A DNA stretch of 64,000 nucleotides, taken from positions 682,001 to 746,000 of the forward strand of contig OZ237735.1 of the NCBI GenBank assembly GCA_965178125.1. The letters are read 5' to 3'. Position numbers and translations under genes: made by a program. This DNA is from Bilabrum cf. latius (Eukaryota). Numbering within the stretch: the stretch's first letter is position 1; the number at the start of each line of letters is the position of its first letter. The notes under the pieces were generated by a model that was not told where the DNA came from, searched no databases, and was given only the letters and a program-made list of their open reading frames with translations. Positions 61,301 to 64,000 of the stretch are shown here, in pieces.

Positions 61301-61951
61301 CTCGGCTTTCTTTTTCTTCTCGAGCCAAGTCTGCTTTGACTTCCACTCAGCCTCGGCGTCGCCCATCTCTTTGTTTCGCTTCAAAACGGCAGCTCGTTCC
61401 AATCGACGGGCTGTGCTCCGCCGCTCCGCCCAACGTCGCTCAATCTCCTTAGATTTCTTTTGCTTGTCTTCTTTCGCGCGCTGTTCTTCCAACCTGGCGT
61501 GCCTCGTGCGCTCAGCGTAGGCTTCCATTGCCTCAATCCGATCGACATCGTCCGGGTTCTAGAGGTAGCTCATGGGGCGCGTGGCGGTAAAAAATGACTG
61601 CGCGGTTCTTGCTTTCGATCCGGCTTTGACATCGCTGCCACCGGCCGCTTCGGCCAGCAGTGACATGTCCTTCAATGCCTGTTCTGCTCTCGCCGCGGCC
61701 AGCCGAGCCCCCTCCACATCTCCAGCGGCCGCAGCGTCAGCTGAAATGCCTGCCCATTGTTCTGCTACCTTTGCAGGGCGAGACATGTCTTCGATTGATC
61801 CATCTGGGTCAGCCGTTTCGGATTCCACATCATCGAGCAATCGTGAGACTTGGCTGGATCGCTCAGGCGAAAACAAGCCAAAATGGCTGCCACGCCTGAC
61901 TGAGCTCCTGCCTTTGGCCGGTGAGTGCTCTGAGTCTGTACTCCCCTCCAT
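58313..61951 (-). CDS. hypothetical repeat protein (about 1212 aa) with coiled coil, three copies of an about 60-aa module and AGDGEAK repeats
   Basis: ORFs 61559, 61286, 59705 and 58313 share one frame joined by TAG. ATG at 61951, TAA at 58313-58315. Confidence 0.75.
58390..58806. repeat. 21-bp coding tandem repeat (AGDGEAK), about 19-20 units
   Basis: TCCCCATCGCC(G/A)GCCTTCGCC repeated head-to-tail. Confidence 0.95.
58801..59310. repeat. 255-bp near-perfect tandem duplication (2 units), with a more diverged third partial copy at about 59610-59805
   Basis: CGGCCTCGTACTCCACTGATTTTCC starts at both 58801 and 59056. Confidence 0.9.
59300..59466. repeat. second block of the 21-bp AGDGEAK repeat, about 8 units
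   Basis: Same unit as 58390-58806. Confidence 0.92.
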
Positions 61952-62030
61952 CCTTGAATATCGCAGGCTCAGATAGTGCGCCGTTGCCGCGACTGCTCGG
62001 TCCAGCCAATGGTCGCAAGCGGTCGCAACC

Positions 62031-62048
62031 AAGTGCCCGTTGACCTCG
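62031..62048. promoter_or_regulatory. candidate promoter element, tandem GGTCGCAA, between divergent genes
   Basis: GGTCGCAAGCGGTCGCAACC lies between the starts at 61951(-) and 62104(+). Confidence 0.4.
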
Positions 62049-62103
62049 GCCCATTTCAGCCCATAAAACAGTATACCAAGGATAAAATACACTTCCTGTC
62101 ACT

Positions 62104-64000
62104 ATGGAAGTCATGCGATAGCTTTCAGGGGCAACTGACTTGGACAGATTGCTGCGATTTTGGACTAAACACACCCCCGAAGGCAGCGACGGTCTGCCGC
62201 TTGATTTGTTTGTTCAGGCATTTCTGTACGTTTTTGAGAGAAATGGTACATTCCAGCCTAAAGATGTCCACGTCCTACGAAGTACAGATCCTTTGATCAG
62301 GTCGTAGTACCCCGATAGGTGGAAATTTGTGCTGCAAGTAATAGCTGCTTTGCTTGAAGCCTTCCGAGACATTGATGTGAACGGAGACAGTCAAATCGAG
62401 TGGCATGAGCTGACAGCTTATATTGCTTAGGCTGGAGTTATTGCGCTTAAGAAGACGGCCGGCGTGTACGCGCGAGGGCAATACCAGGAAAGGAATGCAG
62501 AGTGGCGTGACACTGGGGTCGACCCGCATGGACGAGGTGTAGGCTCAATATTTGTAGTCGAATGGCCATTTGAGTACGAAGGCCTCCTGTACTCTCCTAC
62601 ATCCAGCTACTATCCGCATTCGGGCGGGAAAGGTCCCTGCCGATTCGACGGAACGCCTGCCATTGACCCAACAGGAGCCGTGGACTAGGGCAACCAGTCT
62701 GGGGACAGCACACGTCGAGCCATCGCAATGCGCCACTAGCCCATGGAATTATTTGTAGTAGAAAGTGGCAGCACTCGCCTGCGAATCCTAGATGCAGGGT
62801 CCAGAGAGGCCGCCTCGGAGCGGGGCAGGGAGCCCATCGAAGGCCTGCGGTAGATGGAGAAACTGACCTCGAGCGCGCAGCCAGCCTCCAGCGGTGCAGG
62901 TGGAACGATGCCCGGTACAAAAGGCACTGAATCATTGGATGCGGAAAAGGGGGAAGATGCAGTGCACAGCAGGGCTGGATTTCACGGCAGCTCTGGTGCA
63001 GCGTCTAGTGGTGACCAGGCACAGCTCGACTTTGCCAGCTCGCAGCGACAGGTCAACAGCAAGCGCACCGGCCCGTTTGCCGATGAACGTGGCAGGCGAT
63101 CTATTCGCTACCCCGGAGCCGTGATATCTGCTTGTGCTTCGCTCCGCTTCAAGTACGAGGTCAGGGCAGACAGCCCGGCCATCGAAGTGATTGCACGGCA
63201 GGAGGCCAGCCGGCCGTCCGACGTTGTGGCGCTCCGACGATCAGCCATGGCTGGAGACCCCTCGGGTAGCACTTCCTTTGGCAGCGCCGATCTGCAAATG
63301 GCCATGCTAGGTGTGGGTGGGTCCAGAGGGATCGGCATTTCCCCGAAGGTGTACATGCCCACGTTTGAAGATACCATGCGGATGCTGGCGCCGTCTGCGA
63401 ATCTAGTGGCCTCCGTCACGAGCCACGGAGCCAGGGCCGGCGGTGCAGATGGTGGCACATCCGAGCAAGGGCAGAGAGGCGGTGGGCTGATGACCGAGGC
63501 TCTGGAAGCGGCCGCACATCTGCGCAGGAGAAGGAGGCTGGAACAGCAAGGAAAATAGCTGGGGTTACTCACCGATGCTGGTGGAGACGGCATAGGAAAG
63601 AGCCGGGGTTCCAAGAAAGGCAGTCGGTCAGCCGCTGCTGCATCCAGGAAAAAGTAGCAACTCAAGTCGCTCTTGCGAGCATCGCAGACTCACAAGAGCG
63701 GGACCGGGGCGGGCTCAGGCGGCAACAGGTCCCAGGCCAAGCCTCCTCAAGCGGCCAAGACTTAGTCAGACCAGGCCAGTCCGTCCATCAACAGCGTCTG
63801 TCCGTTGGTTTTCCAGCCAAATTTGAATGCGGCCAGGATGCAGGCTGGTGTGGAGCCTGTCTCAATGGGGCCAATTGCTGCCCCCACCACCACCGCCACC
63901 TCCAAGCAGCAGCGGAAGCGCCTGCAGCAGCAACTGCCAAACATTGAGCGAGGCATCGCACTGGGACAGTCTGATGGCCGAATTACTCTATGGCGGCTCC
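62104..64000 (+). CDS. EF-hand-containing protein, 3'-partial (N-terminus typical of EF-hand/WD40 proteins)
   Basis: ATG at 62104; EF-hand AFRDIDVNGDSQIEWHELTAYI. The frame continues through TAGs (ORFs 62464 and 62854) to the window end. Confidence 0.7.

Noticed and set aside
664-64000. Mass pseudogenisation or sequencing error as the cause of fragmented ORFs
   Set aside because: Interruptions are exclusively TAG, with no frameshifts or internal TAA/TGA in the frames read, and they affect essential genes at Gln positions.
664-64000. TAG as Leu, Tyr, Glu or pyrrolysine, or the ciliate code (TAA and TAG both Gln)
   Set aside because: Six family motifs and one internal repeat point to Gln. One site (QVL*Q, about 52435) falls at a position that is often Tyr or Ser, but that position is variable. 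TAA occurs only at gene ends.
1-64000. Prokaryotic or phage origin using code 15
   Set aside because: Spliceosomal introns and eukaryote-specific genes (IFT74, AP-1 sigma, kinesin, PIG-Y-like) are present.

Overview
This is a compact, GC-rich eukaryotic nuclear genome segment from a flagellated protist (IFT74 is present, with short GT-AG introns and intergenic gaps mostly under 300 nt). The exact lineage cannot be determined from the window. The main result is a non-standard nuclear genetic code. The fragmented standard-code ORFs join in the same frame across TAG codons into 22 complete gene models plus partial genes at the edges. TAG sits at conserved Gln positions in mitoribosomal bL34, a GT13 GlcNAc-transferase, an SLC25A51-like carrier, IFT74, AP-1 sigma and a nucleotide-sugar transporter, and it replaces CAG in an internal repeat. 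All complete models end in TGA (16) or TAA (6). So UAG=Gln while UAA and UGA remain stops. Other points of interest: a soluble IRE1/RNase L-like pseudokinase-KEN protein, a minisatellite C2H2 zinc-finger array varying at DNA-contact residues, a decayed glutamate 5-kinase fragment antisense inside an intron, and a recurring GGTCGCAA motif in promoters. All homology calls come from recognising motifs by eye, not from database searches. CDS coordinates assume TAG=Gln, and * marks an in-frame TAG.
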